A stretch of DNA of 64,000 nt from Malacoraja senta (lineage: Eukaryota), in contig CM075977.1 in the NCBI GenBank assembly GCA_038087875.1, positions 145,576,001 to 145,640,000 of the forward strand, in the 5' to 3' direction. Made by a program: the position numbers and the translations under genes. Each line of letters opens with the position of its first letter. The stretch's first letter is position 1. Shown here piece after piece: positions 24,651 through 38,727 of the stretch. A model generated the notes under the pieces. That model did not search any database. It was not told where the DNA came from and worked only from the letters and a program-made list of their open reading frames with translations.

Positions 24651-26715
24651 ACAATCGCTAACCTGGCAATATTATTTCAATACTAAAATTCCAGCCAGAA
24701 ATCACAGCAAAATCCAAAGCTAGGACTAAAAGATAGTTTAAAATATAAACATCAGTGAGTGAACCAAATTATTTGAGAGGATGAATGAGAACAGAAATAT
24801 CATGATTTTGATTAAACCAAATAACCGTTGCAGATTTTAACAGCAAAACGAGCAGGTTCTCAGCACAAATGGATTAATTCTGACCAGTTAATCTGCATGA
24901 GTGCACAAATGGATGCATGTTTTCCAACAGGGGTCACTAGCTATTGATCAAAGGCAGTCTCTGTCTGATCTTTCTCCTTTCAGATTAGAGATGCAGGGCC
25001 ATCTGTCACAACTACAGAGCTGAAAATGGTTTGGTTTATAATGGTTTCTGCATTTCACGGTGAAAGATTTATAATTCAGCATTTGGTAGGCAAATATTGG
25101 CAATTATATCATAATTACACCCAGCAGTTAATAGAATAGGCACCTGATATATCATTCCAAAAATGACAATTTTTGATCATTTCTTCTTTCTCTCGAAAAA
25201 TTCCTACAATTCTCAAATTTAAATATTCCCGTTTGCTTTCATGGCTTCTGAAAATTTAGACCTTTTTAAGAGATCATTTATATCATCCTGGCCCCCTTTC
25301 AGAAACACGTTTACAATAGAAACTATTTATCTTCTAGTTGGGTTCCAATGGGTTATCAGCATGAAACTTTAACTGTTTCTCTCTCCAAAGACAATGCCCG
25401 AACTGCTCAATATCGCCAGAACTCTCCGCCTTGATGTCAGATTTCCAGCATCTACACTATTTTGCCATGCACAATTAGAAAGAAATCTTGTCAACTATGC
25501 AAAAATATCTAGTTTCAAGCACATTATAACAAACGCTCTAATTTATTTCCAGTATTTAAAATACAGCGGGTATTACCACCTTATGAAAACATGAAAAGGA
25601 AGAAAATCTAGTACTGTCACCTGAGCATCAACTATACCGTTTTGCATTCACACAGTGATAGCAGGTAGGTTTTGGATACCAAACGTGTTCTAAACTAGTT
25701 GGATTACCATGCAAAGCATCTACCTATTCCAAACAAGGCAATCATATCAAGGAGACAGAGGATCAGTCGTTGTCATAATGTCGCCAGGAAGCCGGCTCAC
25801 TGGGTCCACACTGACCATCAAGCACCCACCCTGACAGTATTCATAAGGGATTTATTATATGTCCTGGTGTGTCACTAGTATTCGCCAGATTAAAGTCGGG
25901 CTGCTATTAGGGAGCACCAAAGATTACAGAACAGACTGTGACGGCTGGGATGGTCAGAGGGATGGTGATAAGCAGATTAAGGCAGGGAAAGGGGTGGCCA
26001 AACACTTCTTGGCTGGATCATTCCCACTACACTTTCCAGAATTATTTTCTAGAGATGAATGTCCAAGAATCATCTTTTGCAGAACAGAACACCCATTGAG
26101 AGGCATATGAGTATGTCATCTGAGCCCTTAAATTCCAGTCAATCCAATAATGGAAGAAACACCCAGCACACAGAATGAAACGTGCTCTTTCATTGTAGAT
26201 TTTTAGATAAAGTCCAACAGCACAGAAACAGGCCCTTTGGCTCAACTCATCTCTGCGAGCATGGTGCCCTATTGAAGCGAGTCCCATTTGCCCAATTCAC
26301 ATTTGGCCCAATAGTCATAAGAGATCTCCTGAAATTTTGATTAGACTTCCATATTAAAGATCAAGGATGATCTCTCTGAACTTCACACGGCCTTCCACGA
26401 TTTCATGTAATATTTGGATTTTGGGATAAATTAATTTCATCTAGTAATAATTAAATATAATTTACAACATGCATTTACATGGTAACACAAAAAACATCAT
26501 GAACAATTAATAATCAATAGCATGTTCATACAAATGCCGATTGTAAACTCCTCTTCAATGGGCTAAATACGGCTATATACATGACGTTCCTTTCGCTCAT
26601 AGGTATGTATTTCTTATATGTGCTTTTTTGAAAATTGTACAATTTTAAGGGTAACATTTCTTTCATCTTCCCCAATCCATAATTCAAAATATGAGGAAAT
26701 GAATACTGTTCTTAC

Positions 26716-27028
26716 CTTGTAACCAGTCATGAAAATAGTGCAGCCACATTCTTGGAAGATCTCCATTTTCTTCCAATAAAATGAATTTCACATTTCTGAA
26801 GCTTTCATGCAGGTCATACAGCAGATACTGAGCATTAGGATAGTCTGTTTCTTGTTTAGTTACAATGTACATGTTGTAGAATGAGAAGTATTTAAACTGT
26901 GCTGCAATAAAGTCATATTCTCGAGTGTCACGAGGCACAATGTCTGTAAGATCCAGTCCATCTCGGACTGTTGTAGTTCCATAGAGACTGATCCCAAGTA
27001 ATCCCAAAAAGAGAAATATGACCGCAAT
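26716..27028 (-). CDS. PTCH1: PTCH1 exon 15 (313 nt) [12 protein letters not shown]...[13 protein letters not shown]...[11 protein letters not shown]
   Basis: Overlaps ORF 26684..27007; AG/GT boundaries. Confidence 0.95.
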
Positions 27029-27592
27029 CTGTGATAAAGGGGGAAAAAAAGTCAGTTTAAATTTTTTTTTTAATTCACAACGGATCTACAAAAACTACTT
27101 CTGGCGGCACTTGGTTACAGGCCAAATAAATTATACGATCAGCACAATGATAAGCGGAAATCACGTAAAAAAACTAATGTGATATATTCATAAGCAAAAA
27201 TAAATGTGTTATTTCATTTGCAGGTTAGATCTCTCCATTCTATTGAACTTTAAAGTCCTACGAATTAATGTACCCCTTCATTCTTTTCAAAATGTGCTAT
27301 TTCACAACATCACTGAGATATGTCAAATGTATTCGTTTGTCTGTGGCTTGCAATATTGTTCATTTAAAACATCCATCTCTATCTGCCCCCCCAGCCCGAT
27401 CCAAATATTGTGCTTTATTCTGCATATATCGTCTGCAAAGATTGTTATTATGCCTCAAAGTAGTTTTAACATCCATACAATACTGAATGGAATGAAAATG
27501 TAGACTGAATGGAAATATTTTACTGTAATATTGCTTAATATATTATGGCAGCAAACAGAATATAAACAAAAAGGGGTTTGACTAGTACTCAC

Positions 27593-28007
27593 CTTTGACG
27601 TTGGTTTGAGCAATAGCGGTGCATAATGTTTTTCGGCAAAGAAAGAGAGAGTCCACTTGGTGCAGGGTGGATCTGCACAGTTATTACTGGGATCTGTAAA
27701 CTGGGAGAGAAGGTCCCGTGTTGAACTGGCAGTATCCGGGCTCTGAGGGGCAAGTGAATCCTGTGTAGTTGGAGTGACTGGCTGAACGGAAATCTCAGAG
27801 CAAGGCTCTGCAGTTGTATAGTACACTTGGGTATGAGGATCATATTCTGTGCGCAGCTGCACTGTAGACTGCATGGTAATTTGGGTCTCATGGGTAAAAT
27901 TTTGATTAACATATGGTGGTGGTGGTGGTGGTAGTTGGCGAGGATGGTTGTCATTTGTATCTCTATAAGCTTGTGGTTCAATCTGAATAACTCGGTTGGC
28001 ACAGGGA
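27593..28007 (-). CDS. PTCH1: PTCH1 exon 14 (415 nt), cytoplasmic middle loop with PPPPPPY
   Basis: [14 protein letters not shown]...[15 protein letters not shown]...[16 protein letters not shown]; AG/GT boundaries. Confidence 0.95.
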
Positions 28008-29392
28008 CTAAAAGAAAGAGGAGAAAAATTAATGTGTTGACAGTGCAGTTATCAGTTACTTCAACACTCATTATTTACATTTTTCATGGAATCCCAGAGA
28101 TTACTAAACACGCATTGGACTTGCACCGAATTACATCAATTACTTCCTATTGGTGCAATAGAAGTCAGGATTAAACTTCAACATTTATCTGATTATCTGG
28201 ACACAAAAGGTCACGTAAGTGGTTATTGGTGGCTGAGGTGCTAATGAAAATAGCTCACTAAAAAAAAGTGACCCCAAAACATTTTCTTTGCACATTTCTT
28301 GCAGACCAGTTACATCACCTATATAACCCCAGAAATTGTGATCCAGATTTCTATCCCGGAGACAGTGAAGGGGTTTGGGATTGGTTTAAAGTTGGAAAAT
28401 GGAGCTGAATGGAGCGGAGGTATGGATGAGGCATCTTGGTCAGCATGGGCAGGTTGGGCCGAAAGGTCTGTTTTTATGCTGTATGACTATGGCTGGGGAG
28501 ACATAGGGCACTGGTGGAGGGGTTGCAGTAAGATGTTGACGTTCTGGAGAACTGGAGAACTACATGTTCTAGGGTCAGATCCGTGAGGTAGACTAGTAAT
28601 GGAAGCAGACTGGAGGATGGGGTTAGGGCATCAGCAGGACTGCAAAGTCAGAGGCAAAATAGGAAGCAGGGTAATCTGATTATAAAGTCAGGACAAGATC
28701 AGAACTGTCAGGATGGAGTAGTATCCCATCACAGGGTTTGGTGAAACAGGTATAATTGATCAAGCAGGTAAATGGAAAAGCTTTTTGCTTCTGCTTCCAG
28801 CAGATATCATCTCCCTTTAAAAACTGGCTTCTCAAGGTCATGAACACTCAGCTGTTCAATGAGAGGTTCAAAATGAAATTTAAATATGATACAAATTTCC
28901 TAGTCACCTCATGTGTAATAATTTGTCTCTCATCTCCCCTCTGCTACAATTAGAAATGGATGGGTTGAGGTCAGGATGATGTTATTTTACATTTTAATGT
29001 CCTACTAGATCCTGACCCCACAATATTTGTTAAATTTTCCTTCACAGTGAGAGAAATCTGCAGCAAACCTATTATCTTGTACAAGGTTACAAGGTTATGG
29101 TAAAGAACCAAGCAGGAGGCCCTTCAGGTTTCATGAAATAACTCGGCCCAGCAATGCTAAAGCTAAGCTCTTCCATAATCTACACATTATTAGTTTTGCT
29201 ATGACTGTCCACCATTCACATTTTAGGTTTAAGTTTATTATTTTCATGTACACTAAGAAAAGTTTTGTGTTACATGCTATCCAAATGGATCAGATATACC
29301 ATACATAAATACAATCAAGTCAAAATCAAGTACAATAGGCAACTAAAAGGGAAAAGAGTGCAGAATATAGTTCTTAACATTGTAACGCATCA

Positions 29393-29617
<225 letters not shown>

Positions 29618-30592
29618 TTACACACATGTACTGCACATGAAGTTTGGCATAACTTCTTCATTTTTAAGTCTTAACGTTTACGGACAAAATATTTACTTTA
29701 TCCTTTGAGAGGCAGTTTCCATAATTACAACTCAAATTAGCGAAATCATGACCATTCATGAAAGATTATTTTTCAGAGAAGTGTTGACAGTTATTGTATA
29801 AATAGATTCTAAAAATTAAATCAAAAGTCTCTTTTCGCCTAAAGATGTTTGAAAATGGGAATTATTGACTTGGTTTTTGCCAAGTGTTTTTTGCACATTC
29901 AGTGAACCTTATCCAAATCTTTAAATTCACTATTAAATGCAACTTACACAGCATTTATCAACAAGTACAAAAGAATGGAGTCAAAACTCCACGTACTAAT
30001 GTGCTCTGCACTACAACTAAATACAAGCAGTGAAAGAGCAACACTAGTGGGAACAGTAACAAACCAGAGATATTTAATTTTCCCACCTACAGACTGCCCA
30101 CAATAAATATCATAACCATATTTAATATTGTGCACTTTCACAGGTTACGCATAAAATAGCGTTTCTTACTAGGCTTTTTAAAATACATATCAATCCCAAA
30201 TGGGAAATCATGTATCCATGCTATTCCTGTAAAATTCTTAAAATTTTATTTATCTTCTTGTGAGACCGAGTTCTAACAAAAAAAAAATAACGTGATATCC
30301 TTCGAAAACATTTTCCAAATGAACATATCAACTTTGAAAGTGATAGGGATTAAGCTTTAAAATTCATGTCTCTGTGGTTTCAAACACAGAAGCTATTCTC
30401 ACTTTTTTAGAATTCAAATAAATCAAACAACTCAAATATGCATCATCAATAAGCCGTCCATAGAGAAACCGGTTACTTCATGCTAAGGTTAAAAAGAATG
30501 AAAGCCTGTGCACAAGATCCACAAAGAGAAGTCAGCATGACTGGTTGGTGGGGCCCACTCCAAGGTACAGGCTGTATATGCCATTCCCGGTG

Positions 30593-30601
30593 GACCACCC
30601 A
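30593..30601 (+). promoter_or_regulatory. Consensus GLI binding site GACCACCCA in PTCH1 intron 12
   Basis: Exact 9-mer; PTCH1 is an established direct GLI target; function untested. Confidence 0.55.
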
Positions 30602-32442
30602 GAGAGCATGGATAGACTGCATAGCCAGAGGTGATGAGCAGATGATGAGGCCTGTCATCCACAGTTCCCACCTTACTTCTGCCTGCTTGCAACTCTGTTA
30701 GATCCTCCTTTTGTTGTGCTTTTCAATACCCTGTTCTTAACTGCTAGAACAGCTTTTCTTCAGTGCAATTCTATTTGTCATACAATCAAGGCAGGGGTCT
30801 ACAAAGGTTAAGGAATTGGGGAAGGGGGCTATGTAGGTCATTCACTGCACTTACTCAATCTGCCACAATTGTGCCAAGGATTTCACCACCACCACCACCC
30901 CCCACCTCAATACACTCTAAAGTTTTCCAATGAATGTTAAACATACTATAAAAATGGGTACAAATGCATTTCGAAGTGATTCAGCCAGTCTTATCTACAG
31001 GCCTGTGCAAGTTCCACAAAATTACCAAGTTAGATCTGATTAGCTTAAAATACACTACCACACTGTTTGTCAACTGTGACACCATAAATTGATCAAACAT
31101 AGATTTGTTACATGATCAACAATGCGAGAAAACTACACCAAACATTCCAAGAAAATCACAGTGAAAAAGAAGAAACCACTGACACGCAAGACTGAAAGCA
31201 GACTGCATGTGCAAGAGCTAATCAGGAAACCATTTATTCTCCCTCAGCAACCGGATTGCTTTACAGATACTGGGCCTCAAGACATGGATGCTTTGATAAT
31301 TATCACACACTGTCTTAAGGAAAAGGTCAAAATCAACTCCCTTCATAACCAAATAAATCGAGGGGGGAATTAAATTATTAAACCAGAGGGAAAAAAGGAG
31401 AAATCAAAATCAAAAATGAGAAGACATTCCTTTCTGTTGAAAGTTCCAAAGTGCTACTAAACGTCCCCTTGGCAAGCCAAACAAATTGATTTGAACAGGT
31501 GGTTAGGGAAATCAAATCTATATTTTCAAGAGTTAGAAGAGTGAGCATTTGTTTTTGTTCAGTCCATTATGGCAGTAAATATTATGCGATGTTTTTCAAA
31601 AATAAGTTGCTAAATATTTTCTCCCTCTCCCCACTTCATTTTATGACTAATCTAACGGCCAAATTATCATTCTTGTTTTCAAAGAACTAAATTTGTGTCT
31701 TTGTATTTAGCTGTTTGAATATTATTCCATGTATCAAGAATAATTACTACCCTTCACTTCTGCTGGAGAGAGTACAGATCAAACAGCGTGAAAAATGAAT
31801 GGGGACATAGGTTACGAATGTAAAAATGCTTTTCTGAAATAGTACTGTTAATCTCCACTGTAAATGTTAACTGACCTCATAAAATGTTTCCCCGTTAAGC
31901 TAAGAAATTAGGTTTCCAATAGCAAAATTGAAAATGAATAAAATCCTAAAATGTCAACACATCAGCTAACTGGCAGGATCTACCTTTGATGTTTCTGGCA
32001 TTGGTAAGAGACTACTTGAAACAAAAACAAGTTATAGTTAGCTCTTGCACATTTTTACAAGATTGATTTTTAGTTTGGATTATTGCAAATTAATTGGGCT
32101 CCTTGCCCAAATGATCCTGGTACTTTATAACCAATCAGGTTATTGATAAAAAATATTTTACAGACAGAGAAGGAAGTTTGCTTCACAATATCTTGAACGA
32201 TAAAGTTAGATTCCAATTTTAATAGAATTAGATTTAACCTACGTAGCAATTAAAAGCAACTGGAAACATAAAACTAAATTCATAAAGAATTTAAATCTCA
32301 GTGTTTATACTTCTGGCAATTAAGGCATTGTTATGTCATTAAACTGTGACCATGTTCAAATGGCAAAACATGATCACAGTTCCATGACACGTGCAAATGT
32401 ACAAGTATTTCACTCTGACAGGACTACCATAGTTAGCTAAAA

Positions 32443-32616
32443 GCAAAATGCTGGAGGAACTAAGTGGGTTGGCAGCATCTGTAGAGGGAATGGCAGACAA
32501 CATTTCATCTTGGGATCAGACTATCCATTCTCTCCACAGATGCTGCCTGACCACTGAGTTCCACCAGCACTTTTGTTATTTGCTCAAGATTCTAGCATCT
32601 GCAGTCTCTTGTATCT
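32443..32616. mobile_element. Penelope-derived terminal repeat, older inverted pair
   Basis: TGCTGGAGGAACT...GGCAGCATCTGTAGAGGGAATGG opposite CCATTCTCTCCACAGATGCTGCC...GAGTTCCACCAGCA. Confidence 0.72.
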
Positions 32617-32918
32617 ACAATGTTACAGGTATAGGTTTCTGTTATTCTTCTGACAGCTCATTGACTATATTGTGGTTTTCAGCTTTATTTTTTCCAATCA
32701 AAAGATAACTGGTGGATGGTTTTAATCCTGTGAGAGTGACAGATTTGATAAAGGTGAAATTCACCCAAGGGCAAATTATTGCTTCATTAAATCAGAATTC
32801 CTTTTGTTTTATGCTATTTCAATTTCTCCACTTTACTTTCAGGCAACACAACACTTGGCTCATTCATCATGAATTTGACTTTTAATACAATTTTTCTGAA
32901 CAGAGTGTTTTCACATAC

Positions 32919-33044
32919 TTGTAAGGAAAATGCTCTTAGGGCAGGAATCGGTATTAAAGCAGCCATGAAAAAGGCAGTCACATTACTGATCGAGGTAAGG
33001 GCCACACTTGCTCCAGTTCTTTTTAAACATTCTCCTGTTCGATC
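32919..33044 (-). CDS. PTCH1: PTCH1 exon 12 (126 nt) [21 protein letters not shown]...RAFSLQ
   Basis: Protein match; AG/GT boundaries. Confidence 0.96.
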
Positions 33045-34146
33045 CTGTTGGAGACAAGTGGAAGAAAATCAATATGCGATATAGGATGGCTATTCCCAAA
33101 AAACCTTAAATGCCAGAACACATTAAAACCAATGCCCTTTTTCAGTAAACAAGAATAAAGCATACCAAACTGGTACTGTGCAGAAAAAATAACAATAGTG
33201 AATGAAGGCAATTTAGATTGTCATCTGGCTTTAGAAGCCAATGTTATTCAAATATTAAACTAATTATAATCAACTTACCAATTTAGAAACTGGAAAATTG
33301 TATTTTTGCTTTGTTTGAAGATACTATTCACTTTAACTCTTCAAAGGCATTCGCCACCATATCAAAAATTCATACACTGCTACGAAAAACTACAATTAGC
33401 TATTTGGTTTTATAGGCTGATACCTCACAAAACAGAATGGGCCTCATTTTTGTCGTCATAAACTCTTCTATATGTCAGAAGTTCTGTGGATGCAAAGCAC
33501 CAGACTCAACGTCCTGCATTGTATGACAATAGTGGACTCTTTAGGATAATATAGTCTTATGATAAATCTTCCCTTGAGAAAATAATGCATCCCAATCCCA
33601 TTCTGCTTGGAAGAAGGGAGTTCATCTTTTCTTCCATAAAAGCTAAACAGCTTGTGTCTTTGATGCAATTATTTGATGCAATTATTTCAGCTGATGGTAT
33701 ATTGGCTGGGCTAAAAACGTGTGCCACTACACTCCTTTTCTTCCTGTGTATAAATACGTTTGCAGCAATAAAATACCAGATCACATCTTAAGTCAGCTTG
33801 CCATTCAAAACGAAAGGGACAATGTTTTTCTGCCAAATAACCTGTTTACTCTTTGATCTAAGCCACTTTAAAGCTATTGCAGAAGCAAAGCATTACAAAC
33901 TTACTTGTGAAGAAACTGAGGAGTTTTCATATCTTGGGACAATGTATAAGTTTGGGGCAGGTGTAGATAAGAAGTTAATAAGCAAATGGATTACAAAACT
34001 TCTTTGTGACTACTATTTTATTGTGGAGCTGTAGAAGCTCACACCTAAGATACAGATGTAAAAATGGCTTTTGTTACATTAAAATACCGATGATTACTTC
34101 CTTTTCAATGTACAGACTGCAAATAAAATGACATTAACTTGTTTTA

Positions 34147-34434
<288 letters not shown>

Positions 34435-34749
34435 TCACTAAACAAGAATTTGAGAGACTGAATCAATCAATTATTACTGCAATTGGCAAAAATTTCACTG
34501 ATAAAGTGAATAAACAAACCATCACAGAATACCTTTACTGTATATTTTATTCCATGAAGTGCTTGCAATGCCCAATAATTCAGTGCAAAATCCAATACTC
34601 AGGAATCAAAGTTCTGATTGGCCTACTCTGCTGGCAGAAGTAGAGCAAGCTTTGCATGTGCCTAAAGTTCTCTACCCTATCATTACTGCAGGAACCAATG
34701 TAGATAGATCAGGCAACTATGGCGCCTAGACACACACATGTAGTCCACG

Positions 34750-34924
34750 GTGTTTTCAAGAGAGAGTTAAATTTAGCTCTCAGGGCTAAGGGAATCAAGG
34801 GATATGGGGAAAAAGCCAGAACAGGGTACTAATTTTGGATGATCAGCCATGATCACATTGAAAGGCGTTGCTGGCTCCAAGGGCCAAATGGCATACTCCT
34901 GCACCTATTTTCGATGCTTCTATG
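34750..34924 (+). mobile_element. CR1 3' tail fragment (further short copies at 34167-34217 and 50047-50142 on the minus strand)
   Basis: Matches 63075-63229. Confidence 0.8.
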
Positions 34925-36219
34925 ACCCAGCAACAGAGATAGACCAAAGTAACTCAACAAGGTTATGTCCAAAGCGTTCAATGTGGCACAAAAATCTCCC
35001 AAATCCTCGACCTCCAAAGAAACGTTCAAGCTTACTGACAAATGAAAAGTAACAATGCTTGCGAAAGATTTGGTACCATTTTGAAAATCTCAAAATGTCA
35101 TGTTGTTCTTAGTTCGCAAACATCCTACTGAGGCTTTGAGGTGTGCTACCAAATTCCAAAGGTGATGCAGGAACTCTTCCAAACACACCCCGGTGATGTA
35201 CTAATTGGTTTACTCCAGTTTTAATTAAAACACAATAAGGTCAAAAGGTAGCCAAAGCCCATGACTCATTAAAGATTTCATTTGATGGCCGTGATGAACA
35301 TAATTATTTTTACAATTTTCTTCTGAGCAATGATTTTACTGATTTTTATTCACGTCTTCTCCATGTGGATGATTGTCTATGATGTGGCTTCCATAACTTG
35401 TTTTAGCTGGGGTGCCGATCTAATCCAGGTAGCCCAATGAAAGTTAGATTTACTATTCTGCCACTGCTGCCCTGGCATCTAAACTAAGCAAGCATCAGAT
35501 AAAACACATTTTCAATTTGCAATTCAAAGTATCAAAAAAGGCAGCATTACCATAAATTGAAAAATGTTACTTTATTACATTGCATGCCTCCAGATGATTT
35601 TAAAAACACAAGTTTTTGTTCTATTTTGACAGTTTGAAATACAGTCCAGATATGGAAATTAAAAATCCTTACAAATTCTGTACAGGATAAGGTTACATAA
35701 AAAGCAAGCACTCTGACATTAGGTACCCAGCTCTGAAAGAAACCTATTTAATTCCCTTTCCTGAAAAAAAAGTCTTTATGTGATTGTATTTTAAGTTACT
35801 CCAAGGAACAGTTCACGTAATCCAACTGCTGAGTGAAAATCTGCAGTAAATGTGTTCTGCAGACATTTTGGGGTCATATCTACCTCTTTATACTAGTGAC
35901 ATTTTCAAGCGTTCTTTTTTTAAAATTGGAAAATCTAAAATTCAGAGTTTGATCTAATGAATCAAACACAAAGTTACTGCACTGCCAACCGCGATCAGAA
36001 TTTGAAATACTCCAATAAGATTTTAGCATTTGACTTTGTCGAGTGAATGAAGACTGACCCATCTGTAAATAGAGTATTCATGTTTCTTGGTGGAAGGTTA
36101 TTAATAAAGCTAATCTCTAAAATGAAAAATGATCTGTTGGATACCCCATGGAATAAATTACTAGCCTTAGTAAATTTAACTGACAAGGCTTTTCTTCTTA
36201 ATTACTTGATTTTATATTA

Positions 36220-36414
<195 letters not shown>

Positions 36415-36645
36415 TCAAATTATTATGATACTTTTCAAACACAAAGTTACTTAAATTCATCGCTGAATCAATCACTACCATAAATTCATACATTTGTCCA
36501 CGCAAAACACACATGAATGTGCCATAAATTGGGATAATTTTATGATGCTGCGCATAACCAGTGCTTAAGTAGCAGACATATTTTTTAGTGATAAGCAGTG
36601 CTATTACTTGCATAGCTACACCATGAGATACACAGAATTACTTAC

Positions 36646-36777
36646 CATTAAAAGATAGCCACCAGCTACTCGTATAACACTGACACTGGAAAATGACTTG
36701 AGGATGTCTTCAAGGGTAGTAGTAGAGAACGAAAGAACCTTTTGGGTCGAATTCTGTGCAACACTGTCATGAACAAC
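36646..36777 (-). CDS. PTCH1: PTCH1 exon 9 (132 nt) [17 protein letters not shown]...GGYLLM
   Basis: Within ORF 36616..36891; AG/GT boundaries. Confidence 0.95.
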
Positions 36778-38579
36778 CTGCAATAAAAGTTTAACATGAA
36801 GGAAACTTGAAAAGAGATCATTGATTGGATCATTTAAGAAACATTTTCCATAAAAATTGTGTTCAAATTCTGTCGTTTTTCTGCAGCACAAACATAAAAA
36901 GTTGTGACAAAATATTTAATTGATGAAGTAAACAGAACACTTGGATCTTGCATATTATCCATGCATTAATTTAAAAAGTATACACCCCAGTTAAGTAATA
37001 CTACAAAGTGAGTTGAACTACTGCATATTTGTCAGCTTAGTTTAACTGAATTCCTGATTTACAGACATTTAATGAACCTCCTATTCTGCTTGTATGCAAA
37101 ACAATCTTTGTTTTTTCCCCCCCGACCAATAGTAAAAGTCACAGCTTAGGTAATTCATCAAGTTCTTCTTCACTCAAACAAAAAAAAATCTTCAGAATTT
37201 CTCATTCACGCTTCATTGGCTGGCTAGCACATAGGGTCACAGGCTGCTTTACAAAGGTCACTGCCCGGGAAACAAATGCCAGATGATGTCACATGACCCT
37301 ACCAATGGGACTGCAGCTGTGAGAAGAATCTGTGCCTAGCTAATGTTTTCCAGACACCTTTTTTTTTTAAATAAACAGAGTAACAATCATAGTGGGCGAC
37401 TATTGCTCAGTTCAGTGTTGGCTTTGTTTGTTTCCATATTGTGCGAATAAATGCAAATAAATATCATTGTAAATATGTTTGAATTTTTAATATAACGTCT
37501 GTTGTATTAAACTTGTATTCTCCACATAGTATTGTAAAGAAAAACTATACTGATAGTTCGGAATCCCACAGGTTTACCTCAATTCAGGCACTGCATGCAT
37601 GGACAAAAAAACTTGTGCAAGCAAAAAGAGACAGAAGCAGGCTTCACTGCAGGAAGCCACATCTGGAGGCTAAATTGACCATTTGACAGACACATCCTTC
37701 CTATTACACATAGCCTTACATGCAAGGTTTTCTCAACTGAAATGCATCTTATTTCCAACACATTTAAATAAGAAATGCACCAGAGCATCAATGGGATTTT
37801 TTTTTTTTTTTTTTTTTAAGGACCAGAAGATTTCAGATTTATAAATTTTGATTCATGTTCTGGAGTGTTTTTATTTAGCAAGATCAGGTAGCTCGGATTA
37901 TTAAAAAATCTGTAGGCAACATGTTAACTTTCAGATTCTATCATAAATTACAACCAAATAGGTTATAATAAATAATCTCTGTACAAAATTCTACAATTTT
38001 ACTAATCTGTTTACCCGGTTATCTAGGCACATTACAGACTGCTGTATTGTGCATAAACAAACGTGATTGTTATGTACTCTAAGCATGTTTGAAAACCGCA
38101 TTCCTAACGCAAAATGAATGCTTGATGTAAGATATATTGCTAAAATAAAATTTACTGCTGCAAAAAAAAAGTAGAACTGAATCCTTAAGGATGTCCGCGC
38201 ATGTTTTCCGTGTTATTGGGGTGGGGGGGGGGGGGGGGTGGGGGGTAGAGGGGAGGGAGGAATATCAAAATAAAGGCCGGTTGAAGAGCAAGTTATCAAA
38301 GGGCAGTTTTGTACAAAAGGGCTGGAAAAGTATAAATCTCTGCTAAATGTATCAAAATACCACACACCAGATATTTATCTGAAGGGCATTGACTGGCAAT
38401 TATATAGAACTAACACAGCAGTCATAATGCTTACAGCCAACATTCATATGTTGTACAGCAAATAGATATAGTGGTAGCTGCCCCTTTCTTTAAATCCTAA
38501 AATGTTTTGTTACATTCTGATCCAATACACAGGACCAGGCATATACCGATAAGCACTTTTATGTTTCTTTCCATTTTAC

Positions 38580-38727
38580 CTCAACATATTTCCTTTGCCA
38601 GGCCTCCAGAATGGCTGCTGCTTTGTCCAGATTCCAGTTGATATCCGAAACGTAGTAATAATCCTTGAAGTTCTCATACATCTGCTTGGGGGTCATTAAC
38701 TGAAACATGGTCTGGAAAGCCTGGGCA
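38580..38727 (-). CDS. PTCH1: PTCH1 exon 8 (148 nt) [18 protein letters not shown]...AWQRKYVE
   Basis: Within ORF 38559..38780; AG/GT boundaries. Confidence 0.95.

Noticed and set aside
27589-28071. 160-aa ORF with a His run
   Set aside because: Alternative frame over PTCH1 exon 14; the His run is the (CCA)n proline repeat read out of frame.
38218-38260. G-runs as functional G-quadruplexes (also 51252-51265 and 60988-61022)
   Set aside because: Simple homopolymer tracts common in this sequence and prone to assembly length error; no independent support.
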